The translations under genes and the position numbers were made by a program. From an uncultured Collinsella sp. (GTDB lineage: Bacteria > Actinomycetota > Coriobacteriia > Coriobacteriales > Coriobacteriaceae), in the NCBI GenBank assembly GCA_900546825.1, contig UREE01000001.1, forward strand, positions 1,733 to 65,732: DNA of 64,000 nucleotides, read 5' to 3'. How positions within the stretch are numbered: the stretch's first letter is position 1; each line of letters opens with the position of its first letter. Under the pieces are notes generated by a model. It was not told the origin of the DNA. It worked only from the letters and a program-made list of their open reading frames with translations, and did no database searches. Positions 54,794-64,000 of this stretch are shown here, piece by piece.

Positions 54794-56254
54794 ATGTACA
54801 AGCGCACTAAGATTGTATGCACCATGGGTCCCGCCTGCGATAGCGACGAGACCATCCGCGAGATGATCAAGGCGGGCATGAACGTCGCCCGTTTTAACTT
54901 CTCGCACGGCTCCTACGACGAGCACCACGGTCGCATCGAGCGCGTCCGCCGTATTTCCAAGGAGCTCGGTCTGCCTGTCGGCATCCTGCTCGACACCAAG
55001 GGCCCCGAGGTCCGCACCGGCCTTCTGGTCGACGGCAAGAAGGTTGCCGTCAAGACCGGCGATAAGATCGTCGTCACCGCTCAGCCCACGTCCGAGAATT
55101 TCCACGGCACCGCTGAGCACATCTCCCTCGACTACCTGGCTCTGCCTTCCGAGGTCGAGAAGGGCTCCCTCATCCTGATCGATGACGGCCTGGTTGCCCT
55201 CGAGGTCGAGTCCGTCAGCGGCCAGGACATGACCTGCGTCGTTAAGAACGACGGCCTGATCGGCGAGCGCAAGGGCGTCAACATGCCCAACGTCAACATC
55301 TCGCTGCCCGCCATCACCGAGCGCGATCGTCAGGACATCCTCTTTGGCCTGACCGAGAACATCGACTACATCGCCGCTTCCTTCATCCGTGACGGCGAGT
55401 CCGTCCGCGGCATCCGCGAGCTTTGCCGCGAGAACGGCGGCGAGCACGTGACGATCTTCCCGAAGATCGAGTGCGCCTTGGGCGTCGAGAACTTCGACGA
55501 GATTCTCGAGGCTTCTGACGGCATCATGGTCGCCCGTGGCGACCTGGGCATCGAGATCAAGCCCGAGCTCGTTCCGCACATCCAGAAGGAGATCATCGCC
55601 AAGTGCAACGCGGCCTACAAGCCCGTCATCACCGCTACGCAGATGCTCGACTCCATGCAGCAGAACCCGCGCCCGACGCGCGCCGAGGTTGCCGACGTTG
55701 CTAACGCCATTTATGACGGCACCGACGCCGTCATGCTGTCCGGCGAGTCCGCTGCCGGTAAGTACCCGGTCGAGGCCGTCAAGATGCAGGCCAGCATTGC
55801 TCTCGAGACCGAGAAGTACCTCCCGGCCCACGCTCCGCTCGAGGTTCCGGCCGATGCTCACGGCACCCGCGTCGTCAACAACGTTGTGGGTATGTCCGCT
55901 GTGAACATGGCCACCACCGTTGGCGCCAAGTGCATCACCGTGCCGACGACCACCGGTCGTACCGCTCGCCTGATCTCGCACTTCCGTCCCAACATGCCGA
56001 TCTGCGCGTTCTCCCGCCACGAGTGGGCCGTCCAGCAGATGATCATGTACTGGGGCGTTATCCCGCACCAGGCCGAGATTACCCAGGGCACCGTCAACGG
56101 CACGATCGTCAAGGCGATCGAGACCGCTAAGGAGCTCGGCTACGTCGAGGCCGGCGACCTGACCGTCGCCACCGCCGGCGATCCCCGCATGAGCGTCCAG
56201 CTCGAGGACAAGGTCTCCTCGACCAACGTCGCTTACGTCGCTCAGGTGCGCTAA
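54794..56254 (+). CDS. pyk: pyruvate kinase
   Basis: MYKRTKIVCTMGPA...; 486 aa with all three PK domains. Confidence 0.95.
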   Translation: MYKRTKIVCTMGPACDSDETIREMIKAGMNVARFNFSHGSYDEHHGRIERVRRISKELGLPVGILLDTKGPEVRTGLLVDGKKVAVKTGDKIVVTAQPTSENFHGTAEHISLDYLALPSEVEKGSLILIDDGLVALEVESVSGQDMTCVVKNDGLIGERKGVNMPNVNISLPAITERDRQDILFGLTENIDYIAASFIRDGESVRGIRELCRENGGEHVTIFPKIECALGVENFDEILEASDGIMVARGDLGIEIKPELVPHIQKEIIAKCNAAYKPVITATQMLDSMQQNPRPTRAEVADVANAIYDGTDAVMLSGESAAGKYPVEAVKMQASIALETEKYLPAHAPLEVPADAHGTRVVNNVVGMSAVNMATTVGAKCITVPTTTGRTARLISHFRPNMPICAFSRHEWAVQQMIMYWGVIPHQAEITQGTVNGTIVKAIETAKELGYVEAGDLTVATAGDPRMSVQLEDKVSSTNVAYVAQVR

Positions 56255-56281
56255 ATCGCACTTGCAAGCAGATTTGCATTG

Positions 56282-56320
56282 CAAAGGGCCCGGAAGGCAT
56301 TGCCTTCCGGGCCCTTTTTA
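56282..56320 (+). terminator. rho-independent (bidirectional) terminator after pyk
   Basis: AAAGGGCCCGGAAGGC-ATT-GCCTTCCGGGCCCTTTTT. Confidence 0.85.
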
Positions 56321-56455
56321 GACCTTCTTCGTATGCCGCATCATCGATTTGTGTTCAGTCGCAAGCCTCTCCGATGCCGAGCGCACCACCGAAGACGCCC
56401 TGCGACGGGAGCCGTTGGTCAATTGGAATGAACTGTTCACCGTTAAGCCGGCCGG

Positions 56456-57316
56456 CTAGCAGCTAGCGATCAGGGGGACTGCGGGAACGTCAGAAGCAGC
56501 GACGCGAGCCGCAAATCCCGCCTCGGTCAGCTCGATGACCTCGGTAAACGTTGCATCGAAAAACTCCTCGGTTAGCAGGCGATACGGCGGATGATCGGGC
56601 TCGCCGGGGTTTTCGCGTACAATCTCGTGCATGACGCCGATAGTCTTGAGCACATATTCTTTATGGATGGGATACTGCCCAAAACGCGTCGCAGCGGTAT
56701 AGAGGCGATCGGTCGCACGCGGAATGGAAACGATGCCCAGCGTCTTGCCAAACCAGTCAAAATCGCCCTGCTTTTTAATGCGGAATTCCTCGCACGGCTT
56801 GCCGCCGCGTGCTTCCAGATACTGGTTCACACGCGTGTTCCATACCGTGTCGGCCACCAGATGCGACCAGACGCCCAGCGTTAAATCGAGCAGCGACTGC
56901 GCCACATCTTCGGACGCAAGCGAGAACTCACAGGCGCCGGGACCGACAACCGGCTCGGCATCCCTGTAGCGCTGAGGATAGTGCACGCGGTTCAGTCGCT
57001 CGCGCTCCTCGACAATCGAGGTAGCCTCAGCAGGTTCGCCCGCGGGTGCGCCTTTAAGCAGCGGCGCCACATAGGTATCCCAGAACTCGTGCTCGCGCGG
57101 CTTAGGGATAGGCTCGGGCTTTGCAAAGTGCGTAATGCGATACGGAATGGGATCGGCGATGCCAGGGACCATATAGCCCACGAAGATATCCGGAACCACG
57201 CAGCCAAACAAAAAGGCATTACGGTCGCGCACGCTATCGGCAAGCACGCTAGCACGTGCCAGCAAGCGCTCCGTTTGAGCGATATGAATGTTCCAACTTG
57301 GCATAGCCACCCCCAT
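56456..57316 (-). CDS. zinc-dependent phospholipase C-family protein (uncharacterised)
   Basis: N-terminal SWNIHIAQTE (W..H motif), PD...HF motif (VVPDIF...RITHFAKP), later HLVADTVWN. Confidence 0.5.
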   Translation of the reverse strand: MGVAMPSWNIHIAQTERLLARASVLADSVRDRNAFLFGCVVPDIFVGYMVPGIADPIPYRITHFAKPEPIPKPREHEFWDTYVAPLLKGAPAGEPAEATSIVEERERLNRVHYPQRYRDAEPVVGPGACEFSLASEDVAQSLLDLTLGVWSHLVADTVWNTRVNQYLEARGGKPCEEFRIKKQGDFDWFGKTLGIVSIPRATDRLYTAATRFGQYPIHKEYVLKTIGVMHEIVRENPGEPDHPPYRLLTEEFFDATFTEVIELTEAGFAARVAASDVPAVPLIASC

Positions 57317-57382
57317 AAAACCTGGTTAACTATACCATCACGGCAGAGTCGCACAGGCGGCCATACATACCCTACGCAGCAA

Positions 57383-58342
57383 CTATTCCGCAGCACCGCT
57401 TTCGGTTCCATACGACGGCACGGGCGCCTCGACCACATGGTGATATCGATCGATATAGATGGCACGGGCCTCCAGGCGGCGCACCAAATCTTGATGGTGC
57501 GTACTCATCAAAACCGTCTTACCGGCAGCAACGTAGGCCAGCAAAAAGTTGACTACGATGTCGCACGAGTCCTCATCGAGCCCGTTGGTGGGCTCATCGA
57601 GCACTAGGATATCGGGGTTCATCGACACCACCGCAGCCAGCGCAACGCGCTTCTTTTGCCCGCCCGAAAGCTGATAGGGCGAGGCATCGACCAGATCGGC
57701 AACCTGGAACAGCTCCATGGCATCGCGGACGCGGCGCTCGAGCTCGTCTGTCGGCAGCCCCATCTGCGCGGGGCCAAAAGCAACTTCCTCGCCCACCGTA
57801 GCGCAGAACAGCTGGGCGTCGGCATTCTGGAACACAAAGCCCACGCGCTGATGAAAACGCTGAGCGGCTGCGGAATCCTTGAGATATGCCGCATCGATCA
57901 CGTGCCCGTCAAACAGGTACGCACCCGCGTCCGCTAGTTCAAGACCGTTGATAAGGCGCATAATCGTCGTCTTACCGCAGCCGTTGGGACCGAGTAGGGC
58001 AACGAGTTCACCACGATCGACCTGCAGCGACACACCATCGACAACCGTATGCCCCGCATAGGAGAACAGCACGTCGCGAAACTCGATGAGCGGCACGCTC
58101 TTGGCGCCAGTAGCACCGCTCGCGCCCATCACGCCATTCGTATCGTTTGCCAAAACGTCGCCCTTCCCTATCCACATCGACGGCTCGGCCGCCCGCGCTA
58201 CAGCACCGCGCACAACACGGCGAGCAGCACCACGACGACCGCATAGACCGCATCGCGCCAGCCAAAGCCGCTCCGCGCGGGAGTCGGATACGCACCGGCA
58301 AAGCCACGGCAAAGCATAGCCTCGTCCATCGCGCGGCTGCAT
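57383..58342 (-). CDS. ECF/cobalt-type ABC transporter ATP-binding protein (CbiO/EcfA-like)
   Basis: Walker A LLGPNGCGKTT, signature LSGGQKKRVALAA, Walker B ILVLDEPT. Likely true start near 58177 (MWIGKGD...). Confidence 0.85.
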   Translation of the reverse strand: MQPRDGRGYALPWLCRCVSDSRAERLWLARCGLCGRRGAARRVVRGAVARAAEPSMWIGKGDVLANDTNGVMGASGATGAKSVPLIEFRDVLFSYAGHTVVDGVSLQVDRGELVALLGPNGCGKTTIMRLINGLELADAGAYLFDGHVIDAAYLKDSAAAQRFHQRVGFVFQNADAQLFCATVGEEVAFGPAQMGLPTDELERRVRDAMELFQVADLVDASPYQLSGGQKKRVALAAVVSMNPDILVLDEPTNGLDEDSCDIVVNFLLAYVAAGKTVLMSTHHQDLVRRLEARAIYIDRYHHVVEAPVPSYGTESGAAE

Positions 58343-59040
58343 TCCATCGCCTTGATAAAGGTCATGCCCATGATACCCGCGATCGAATCGGTACGCGAAA
58401 AACCCGCAGGCGCACGACCCACACTGCGCAGCATGACCGATTCGGTCAGATCGTGCGCCGTGCGTCCCAGCACCTCGATGTGCTTGAGCGCCATATCAAA
58501 CGTAAAGATGACCTCGTCGGGCAGCTGTAGCGTCTTGAGCGCCGCCGACATGCGGCTCCAGGTGAGCGTCCACGAAACGCCCAGCACGAACGACACGTTA
58601 ATGAACGTCTTGAGCGCGATCTTGAGCATGGCGCCCGCGGCAGAAGCGCCCAGCAGCAGGGCAGGCAGTGCCAGAACCACCGCAAGCCCCGTGGCGCCGA
58701 GCGCCGGTACAAAGGTCGCACGCAGCCCGCGTACGGGGCGCACGGCAACGAGCACCAGCGCGATGGCCGCCATCAACATGAGGTACAGCGGGCTCTGCGT
58801 CAGACACACGCACAGGACGCAAACGAACATCCCCACCAGGCGCACCGGAGCCGAAACGCAAGAAAGGGCGCGGTCGACCATCGACCCGCCCTCGTGCGCG
58901 CCTCCACCCAGGCGAACCCGCTCAAGCAGGCTCGCCAGGTGCAGGACATTCTTTTGCATCACACGATGCCGAGCCCCCGCGGGCTCGTAACGCTCCTCGG
59001 CCGCAAGCCAACTAGGCAGCTCGGCTATTGCCATGAGCAC
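58198..59040 (-). CDS. ECF transporter transmembrane (T) component CbiQ/EcfT
   Basis: Multi-TM protein with C-terminal CbiQ motif region (LKHIEVLGRTAHDLTESVMLRSVGRAPAGF). Confidence 0.8.
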   Translation of the reverse strand: MLMAIAELPSWLAAEERYEPAGARHRVMQKNVLHLASLLERVRLGGGAHEGGSMVDRALSCVSAPVRLVGMFVCVLCVCLTQSPLYLMLMAAIALVLVAVRPVRGLRATFVPALGATGLAVVLALPALLLGASAAGAMLKIALKTFINVSFVLGVSWTLTWSRMSAALKTLQLPDEVIFTFDMALKHIEVLGRTAHDLTESVMLRSVGRAPAGFSRTDSIAGIMGMTFIKAMECSRAMDEAMLCRGFAGAYPTPARSGFGWRDAVYAVVVVLLAVLCAVL

Positions 59041-60106
59041 CGCTTTCCTTGACCGTCAGCGAGACCAGGCGGAATGTGATGGTGAGCACCGCCACGCCAA
59101 TCACGCCCGAAAGAATATACATCGCAGCCTGGCCGGCAAAGCCAAGGCCCTGCTCCTCGGAATAGGCCTGCAGATAATCGCCCGTGGGCAGGGCGTCGGC
59201 AAAGGTCGGGGTGTCGAGGCCGACCGAAGCCTGCAGGCTGTCGTCGCCAGCCTCCTGAACGGCGGTCGCGGCGCCCTCGGCGTCCCACTCACCCCAGGCG
59301 TCACCGGTGGCGAGCAAGCCGAGCGGCGTAGCCACGACAAGCACGGCGACCAGAATGAGCGTGGGAATCAGGGAAGTCTTCTTGGCGGTACCATCGGCGG
59401 CAAGCTGGCCATCGGCGGCTTCGGGGCCGACGATAATGCTCGGCGCCGTCTTCTTAATGAAGCCGTAGATGGCGGCCGTCGCCACGCCCTCGATCACGCC
59501 GGCAACCAGCATATGCGGGATCAACATGGCCGGAATAGCCACGGACAGCGGGAAGGGGCAGTACAGAGGGGCGCCCGAAGCGTTGGTGAAGAGCATCGGC
59601 TGAATACCAAACTCGATTGCCGCGCACAGGGCCGCCAGGCACAGGCCGACCCAACCGCTCACGATGGCAGAAACCGAGGTGCCCCAGCTCTTGTCGTGCA
59701 GACGGCTGTTGAGCGCACGGAACACGATAGCAGCGACAAACGGCAGCACAAAGGCCATGTTAAAGCAGTTGGCGCCAAACGACAGAACGCCGCCGTCGCC
59801 AAACAGCAGCGCCTGCAGCGCCAGAGCGACCGAGACAGCGATAGCCGCGGCCTCGGGGCCCAGCAGCAGCGCGATGAGTGCGCCGCCGACGGCGTGACCA
59901 GTGGTACCGCCGGGCAGCGGAACGTTGAACATCATGAGCAAGAAGGAGAATGCGGCGCAGATGCCCAGGAACGCCATATGCTCGCGATCGAGCGTGGCGC
60001 GCACCTTTTTGATGCAGTGAACCCATACGGGCACCATCGCCACCGCCATAACGGCATCGGTCTGCGGGGACAGATAATTATCGGGAATATGCATGAGCCC
60101 TCTCAA
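59012..60106 (-). CDS. CbiM/NikM substrate-specific component fused to a CbiN-like (PDGLE-domain) C-terminal module
   Basis: N-terminal MHIPDNYLSP (the CbiM Met-His metal-binding N-terminus), 7 TM. C-terminal about 130 aa has two TM helices flanking an acidic periplasmic loop, like CbiN. Confidence 0.8.
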   Translation of the reverse strand: MRGLMHIPDNYLSPQTDAVMAVAMVPVWVHCIKKVRATLDREHMAFLGICAAFSFLLMMFNVPLPGGTTGHAVGGALIALLLGPEAAAIAVSVALALQALLFGDGGVLSFGANCFNMAFVLPFVAAIVFRALNSRLHDKSWGTSVSAIVSGWVGLCLAALCAAIEFGIQPMLFTNASGAPLYCPFPLSVAIPAMLIPHMLVAGVIEGVATAAIYGFIKKTAPSIIVGPEAADGQLAADGTAKKTSLIPTLILVAVLVVATPLGLLATGDAWGEWDAEGAATAVQEAGDDSLQASVGLDTPTFADALPTGDYLQAYSEEQGLGFAGQAAMYILSGVIGVAVLTITFRLVSLTVKESGAHGNSRAA

Positions 60107-60313
60107 TCAGAACGTTGTGTGTTACGTTTCCAACAATCCGTAACACCGACTCTGCATACTAACAAAAAGGCGCACCGCCCACAACGCAGCACGCCCTTGC
60201 AATACGTACGTTATTAGCCCAGGTCCACGCACCGCCCAATAAAGGGCCCATGCACTCCCAACTTTCCGGTCACCCGGAAGAAGGTGCGATCCGCTCGCAA
60301 CAAGGTTAACGCA

Positions 60314-60408
60314 GGAACCCGCCCCCGAGAGGGGTTTTCTAAGGCAACATCCCGCAGCCGCGAAGTGGCGAGGACGTTGCCGTGAAAACCCCGCAGGGGG
60401 CGGGTTCC
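60314..60408. repeat. about 95-bp nested-hairpin repeat element (family copy 2) in the cbiMN leader / pheT trailer
   Basis: GGAACCCGCCCCCGAGAGGGGTTTTC ... GAAAACCCCGCAGGGGGCGGGTTCC outer stem; inner GGCAAC/GTTGCC; core ATCCCGCAGCCGCGAAGTGGCGAGGAC. Confidence 0.7.
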
Positions 60409-60420
60409 GAACAGCAAAGA

Positions 60421-62874
60421 TTACGAGCGGACTTCGCCGTTTACGCCCTTGCACACCTTGGTGACGATCTTCTGGTGCGCCTTCTCGACCTCTTCGCTAG
60501 TAAGCGTGTGGTCGTCCGAGCGATACGTGAGCGCAAAGGCCATGGACTTCTTGCCCTTGCCGATACGAACCGGATCGCGGTAGACATCGAACAGGCGCAC
60601 GCCCTCGAGCAGCTTGCCGCCGGCGCTGGTAATACGGCGCTCAAGATCCTCGCAGGTCACGGCATTGTCGACCACAATGGCAAGGTCGTGCTCAACGGCC
60701 GGGTACTGCGAGAACTCGCGGTAGTTCTCCTGGTTGCGGGCGCCCTTGATCAGCTTGTCCAGGTCAAGCTCAAAGGCAACGACAACCTCGTCGATGCCGC
60801 AGGCCTCGCGCGCCTCGGGGTGGATCTCGCCGACCCAACCCAGCACGGTGCCGCCGGACAGAACCTCGGCCGCACGACCCGGCTGCAAAAAGGCATAGCC
60901 CTCGCCCTCGACGGGACGGAAGCGAACCTTCTCGATGCGCAGCTGGGCGAGCAGCTCCTCGACGATACCCTTGCCAAAGAAGAAACGCAGTTTACGGTAC
61001 TTCATGTTCCAAGACTGCTCGCTCCACTGGCCCGAGAGCACACCCGCGACGGACTTGGTCTCCTTGGGCAGGCTGGCGTTCTCGCGACCGTGGAACAGGC
61101 TGCCGACCTCGTACAGGTGCACGTTGGGCGTACCGTGCGCCTCGTTGTAGGCCACGGACTGCAGCAGGCCCGGCAGCAGCGAACGACGCATCTCGGTCTG
61201 CTCGGCCACCAGCGGGTTCATGAGCACCACGGGGCAGCCGCGACCCTCGGTGGGCATGCCGATCTTCTCCAGGTCGCCCGGGGCGGCAAAGCCAAAGGTC
61301 GTGGTCTCGTTGAGGCCGCAGGCGCGCAGGATCTCGCCGACCTTGCGGGTGAGCTTCTGCTCGCGGGTCAGGCCGCCGATGTGGTTCTTGGCAGCCGGGA
61401 TGGTCGCCGTCACACGGCCCATGCCCCATAGGCGCAGGACCTCCTCGATCAGGTCAATCTCGCGCGGCAGGTCGGGACGGAAGCTCGGCGGGGTAACCAT
61501 AAAGTCCTCGCCGTCGCGCTCGACGGTGCAGCCCAGACGGGTAAGCGAACGCTCGATAAAATCGGGCTCGATGTCGGCACCGCAGATGGCATGCACGCGG
61601 GCCAGGCGCAGCTTGATGCTGTCGATGGTCTTGGGCGCGGGGAAAACATCGACATAGCCGGGAGCAACCTCGCCGCCGGCGATCTCCTCGATGAGCGCGC
61701 AGGTAACGTTGGCGACATCCACGCAGCCAGTCTCGTCAACCTGGCGCTCAAAGCGAATGGAGGCGTCGGAGATCAGCGACAGATCGCGGCTGGTGTGCGA
61801 GGTGCGACCGGCGTTGAAGCAAGCGCTCTCGACCATCACGTCGACGGTGTCGTCCTCGATCTCGGAATCCATGCCGCCCATAACGCCGGCCAACGCCACG
61901 GGGCGCTCGCCGTCGGTGATAAGGCCCATGCCGGCGTCGAGCACGCGCTCTTCGCCATCGAGCGTCGTGAATTTCTCATCCTGCTGGGCGGCGCGAACCA
62001 CCACGCGACGGTGGCCATCGCGCTCGGCAAAGGTGTCCAGGTCAAAGGCGTGCAGCGGCTGACCGGTGAGCATCATCACGTAGTTGGTGATGTCGACGAT
62101 GTTGTTGTGCGGACGCACGCCCAGGGCGTTAAGGCGCTTGACCATCCAGTCGGGCGACGGGCCGACCTTCACGTTGCGCACGATGCGGGCGACATAGCGG
62201 TCGCACAGGCCCTCGTCGGCAATCTCGACGGAAAGCTCGTCGTCGGTCGCGCGGCCAGTCTCCGCCTTGATGGCGGGCAGCTCCACGTGGAAATCGCGGT
62301 CGAAAATGGCACCGGTCTCGCGGGCCATGCCGATCATGGACAGGCAATCGGGACGGTTGGGCGTGATCTCGCAGTCGAGCACAGTATCACTCGAGCCCAC
62401 GTACTCGGCAAACGGCATACCGCAGGGCGTGTCCTCGGGCAGAATCATGATGCCGGAGTGGTCGCCACCCAGGCCGAGCTCGCGCGCAGAGCAGTTCATG
62501 CCCATGGACACGACGCCGCGAAGCTTGCTCTTCTTGATCTTGACGTCGCCGGGCAGGACAGCGCCGATCATGGCCGTGACGATGTGGTCGCCGGCCTCGA
62601 AGTTCTGCGCGCCGCAGACGATCTGCAGCGGAGCGGGATTGCCGTCGGCATCGAGGTTCTTGTCGCCCACATCGACCGAGCACACATACATGTGGTCGCT
62701 ATCGGGGTGCGGGGTCTTGGTGAGCACCTTGGCGGTCACCACGTGGTCGAAGGACTCGCCCACGGTGTCGATCGCCTCGACCTCGGTGCCGGTACGGATA
62801 TATTCGTCCGAAAGGGTCTTGGGATCCTCCGGAATATCGATCATGGTCTTGAGCCAGTCGTAAGAAACGCGCAT
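60421..62874 (-). CDS. pheT: phenylalanine--tRNA ligase beta subunit
   Basis: 817 aa; N-terminal tRNA-binding domain, B3/B4, B5 and FDX-ACB domains. Confidence 0.95.
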   Translation of the reverse strand: MRVSYDWLKTMIDIPEDPKTLSDEYIRTGTEVEAIDTVGESFDHVVTAKVLTKTPHPDSDHMYVCSVDVGDKNLDADGNPAPLQIVCGAQNFEAGDHIVTAMIGAVLPGDVKIKKSKLRGVVSMGMNCSARELGLGGDHSGIMILPEDTPCGMPFAEYVGSSDTVLDCEITPNRPDCLSMIGMARETGAIFDRDFHVELPAIKAETGRATDDELSVEIADEGLCDRYVARIVRNVKVGPSPDWMVKRLNALGVRPHNNIVDITNYVMMLTGQPLHAFDLDTFAERDGHRRVVVRAAQQDEKFTTLDGEERVLDAGMGLITDGERPVALAGVMGGMDSEIEDDTVDVMVESACFNAGRTSHTSRDLSLISDASIRFERQVDETGCVDVANVTCALIEEIAGGEVAPGYVDVFPAPKTIDSIKLRLARVHAICGADIEPDFIERSLTRLGCTVERDGEDFMVTPPSFRPDLPREIDLIEEVLRLWGMGRVTATIPAAKNHIGGLTREQKLTRKVGEILRACGLNETTTFGFAAPGDLEKIGMPTEGRGCPVVLMNPLVAEQTEMRRSLLPGLLQSVAYNEAHGTPNVHLYEVGSLFHGRENASLPKETKSVAGVLSGQWSEQSWNMKYRKLRFFFGKGIVEELLAQLRIEKVRFRPVEGEGYAFLQPGRAAEVLSGGTVLGWVGEIHPEAREACGIDEVVVAFELDLDKLIKGARNQENYREFSQYPAVEHDLAIVVDNAVTCEDLERRITSAGGKLLEGVRLFDVYRDPVRIGKGKKSMAFALTYRSDDHTLTSEEVEKAHQKIVTKVCKGVNGEVRS

Positions 62875-62933
62875 GTAGCTCTCCTAGTTCTTAATCTCCG
62901 CATAGGGAGGAAATATCAAATGAAGACGTTCGC

Positions 62934-63041
62934 CTTAGGGTTGTCCAGGTGCCCCAGGTTGGCGTGAAAGAGGAGCGACGCGTACTAAAGGTACGCGAGC
63001 GACGGTTTGAACGCCAAGATGGGGTGCCTGGACAAGCCTAA
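62934..63041. repeat. long imperfect hairpin in the pheS-pheT intergenic region (overlaps pheS stop)
   Basis: cttagggttgtccaggtgccccaggttggcgt (62934-62965) versus acgccaagatggggtgcctggacaagcctaa (63011-63041), 27/31 complementary; inner gtacgcg palindrome. Confidence 0.55.
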
Positions 63042-63990
63042 AATTGGTTCAGGAAGCGCATATCGCCCGTCATGAGCGTTCTGAGGTCCGGCAGGTCGTA
63101 GCGCAGGGCCGCGACGCGCTCGGCGCCAATGCCAAAGGCGAAGCCGGTGTACTTCTCGGGATCGATGCCGCAGTTGATCAGGACGTTGGGGTCGACCATG
63201 CCGCAGCCCAAGATCTCGATCCAGCCGCTGTGCTTGCAGAAGTTGCAGCCCTTGCCGCCGCACACGTGGCAGCTCACGTCCACCTCGCAGCTGGGCTCGG
63301 TGAAGGGGAAGAAGTGCGGGCGGTAACGCGTCTTGCGATCCTCGCCAAACATGCACTTAACAAAGTAGTCGAGCGTGCCCTTCAGGTCGCCAAAGGTGAT
63401 GCCCTCGTCGACGACCAGGCCCTCGATCTGGTTGAACTGCGGCAGGTGGCAGGCGTCGGCCGTGTCGGGACGGTAGACGGTGCCCGGGCAGATCATGTAG
63501 ATGGGCGGCTTCTGCGACTCCATAGTGTGGATCTGCACGCCCGAAGTCTGGGTGCGCAGCAGCACGTCGGACTCGCCGTGGGCGTGAGCCTCGGGGTGCG
63601 CGACGCTGCCGGGGTTGTTGTCGACCACGTAGAAGGTATCGCGGGCCGAGCGGCTCGGGTGATCCATGGGCGCGTTGAGCGCGGTGAAGTTGTAGTAGGA
63701 GGTATCAACCATGGGGCCGGACTCGACGGTGTAGCCGATGCCGCAGAAGATGTCCTCGGCCTCCTCGATAATCTGCTTAATCAGATGCTGGTGACCGATC
63801 TGCGGACGGATGCCCGGCAGCGTGATGTCGACGGCCTCGTGCTCGAGCGCGTGCTTAAGGGCGGCGGCCTTCATCTCGGTAGAGCGCTCGTCGAGCATGC
63901 CCTCGATCAGCTGGCGCATCTCGTTGGCGCGCTTGCCCATGACGGGGCGATCCTCGGGGGCGAGCTTGCCCATCATGCGCATCAGGCCGG
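63038..63990 (-). CDS. pheS: phenylalanine--tRNA ligase alpha subunit (N-terminal roughly 40 codons lie off the right edge)
   Basis: Class II motifs, FFPFTEPSCEVDV...GWIEILGCGMVDPNVL...GFAFGIGAERVAALRY, C-terminal ...MRFLNQF. Confidence 0.93.
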
Positions 63991-64000
63991 TGATGCGGCC

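Noticed and set aside
60107-60420. Possible cobalamin or NiCo riboswitch upstream of cbiMN
   Set aside because: I could not find a B12 box (GCCACTG-like) or other conserved riboswitch core by eye. Only the nested-hairpin repeat is evident. This needs an Rfam scan rather than assertion.
62920-62970. 16-codon plus-strand ORF MKTFALGLSRCPRLA with GGGAGG upstream
   Set aside because: It lies antisense in the pheS-pheT spacer and coincides with one arm of the hairpin. Most likely coincidental.

Overview
High-GC (about 62-65%) chromosomal segment, most consistent with an Actinobacteria/Coriobacteriia-type genome. About 80% of the coding capacity is on the minus strand. The backbone is housekeeping: ppc, hisS, htpG, serS, proC, rlmH, tatD, rsmA, metG, rsmI, rsgA, pyk, pheS-pheT, and four tRNAs (Ser-GCT, Arg-ACG, Leu-CAG, Phe-GAA). 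Several accessory modules are interspersed. (1) A partial LarA-family nickel-pincer racemase gene at the left edge. (2) A tandem pair of large YhgE/Pip-domain membrane proteins. (3) A CpsC/CpsD/CpsB-like BY-kinase module plus a GNAT, with no glycosyltransferases nearby. (4) Two OmpR-type two-component systems bracketing an orphan pstB. (5) A tRNA-Ser/tRNA-Arg-bounded islet holding a single orphan 813-aa protein, flanked by unusual tRNA-3'-end duplications. (6) A complete Gram-positive-type Tad/Flp pilus locus (cpaB, tadZ, cpaF, tadB, tadC, flp, several TadE-like pseudopilins and a giant Cys-rich TadG-like protein) lying next to a DUF192 gene, a type II toxin-antitoxin pair and tRNA-Phe. (7) A PMCA-type P-type ATPase. 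(8) A CbiMN-CbiQ-CbiO ECF metal transporter. No transposase, integrase or CRISPR array was seen. The most unusual non-coding signals are two copies of a ~135-bp GC-rich unit, each sandwiched between direct duplications of a tRNA 3' end plus terminator (tRNA-Arg and tRNA-Leu loci), and a separate family of ~100-bp nested-hairpin repeats with compensatory substitutions.
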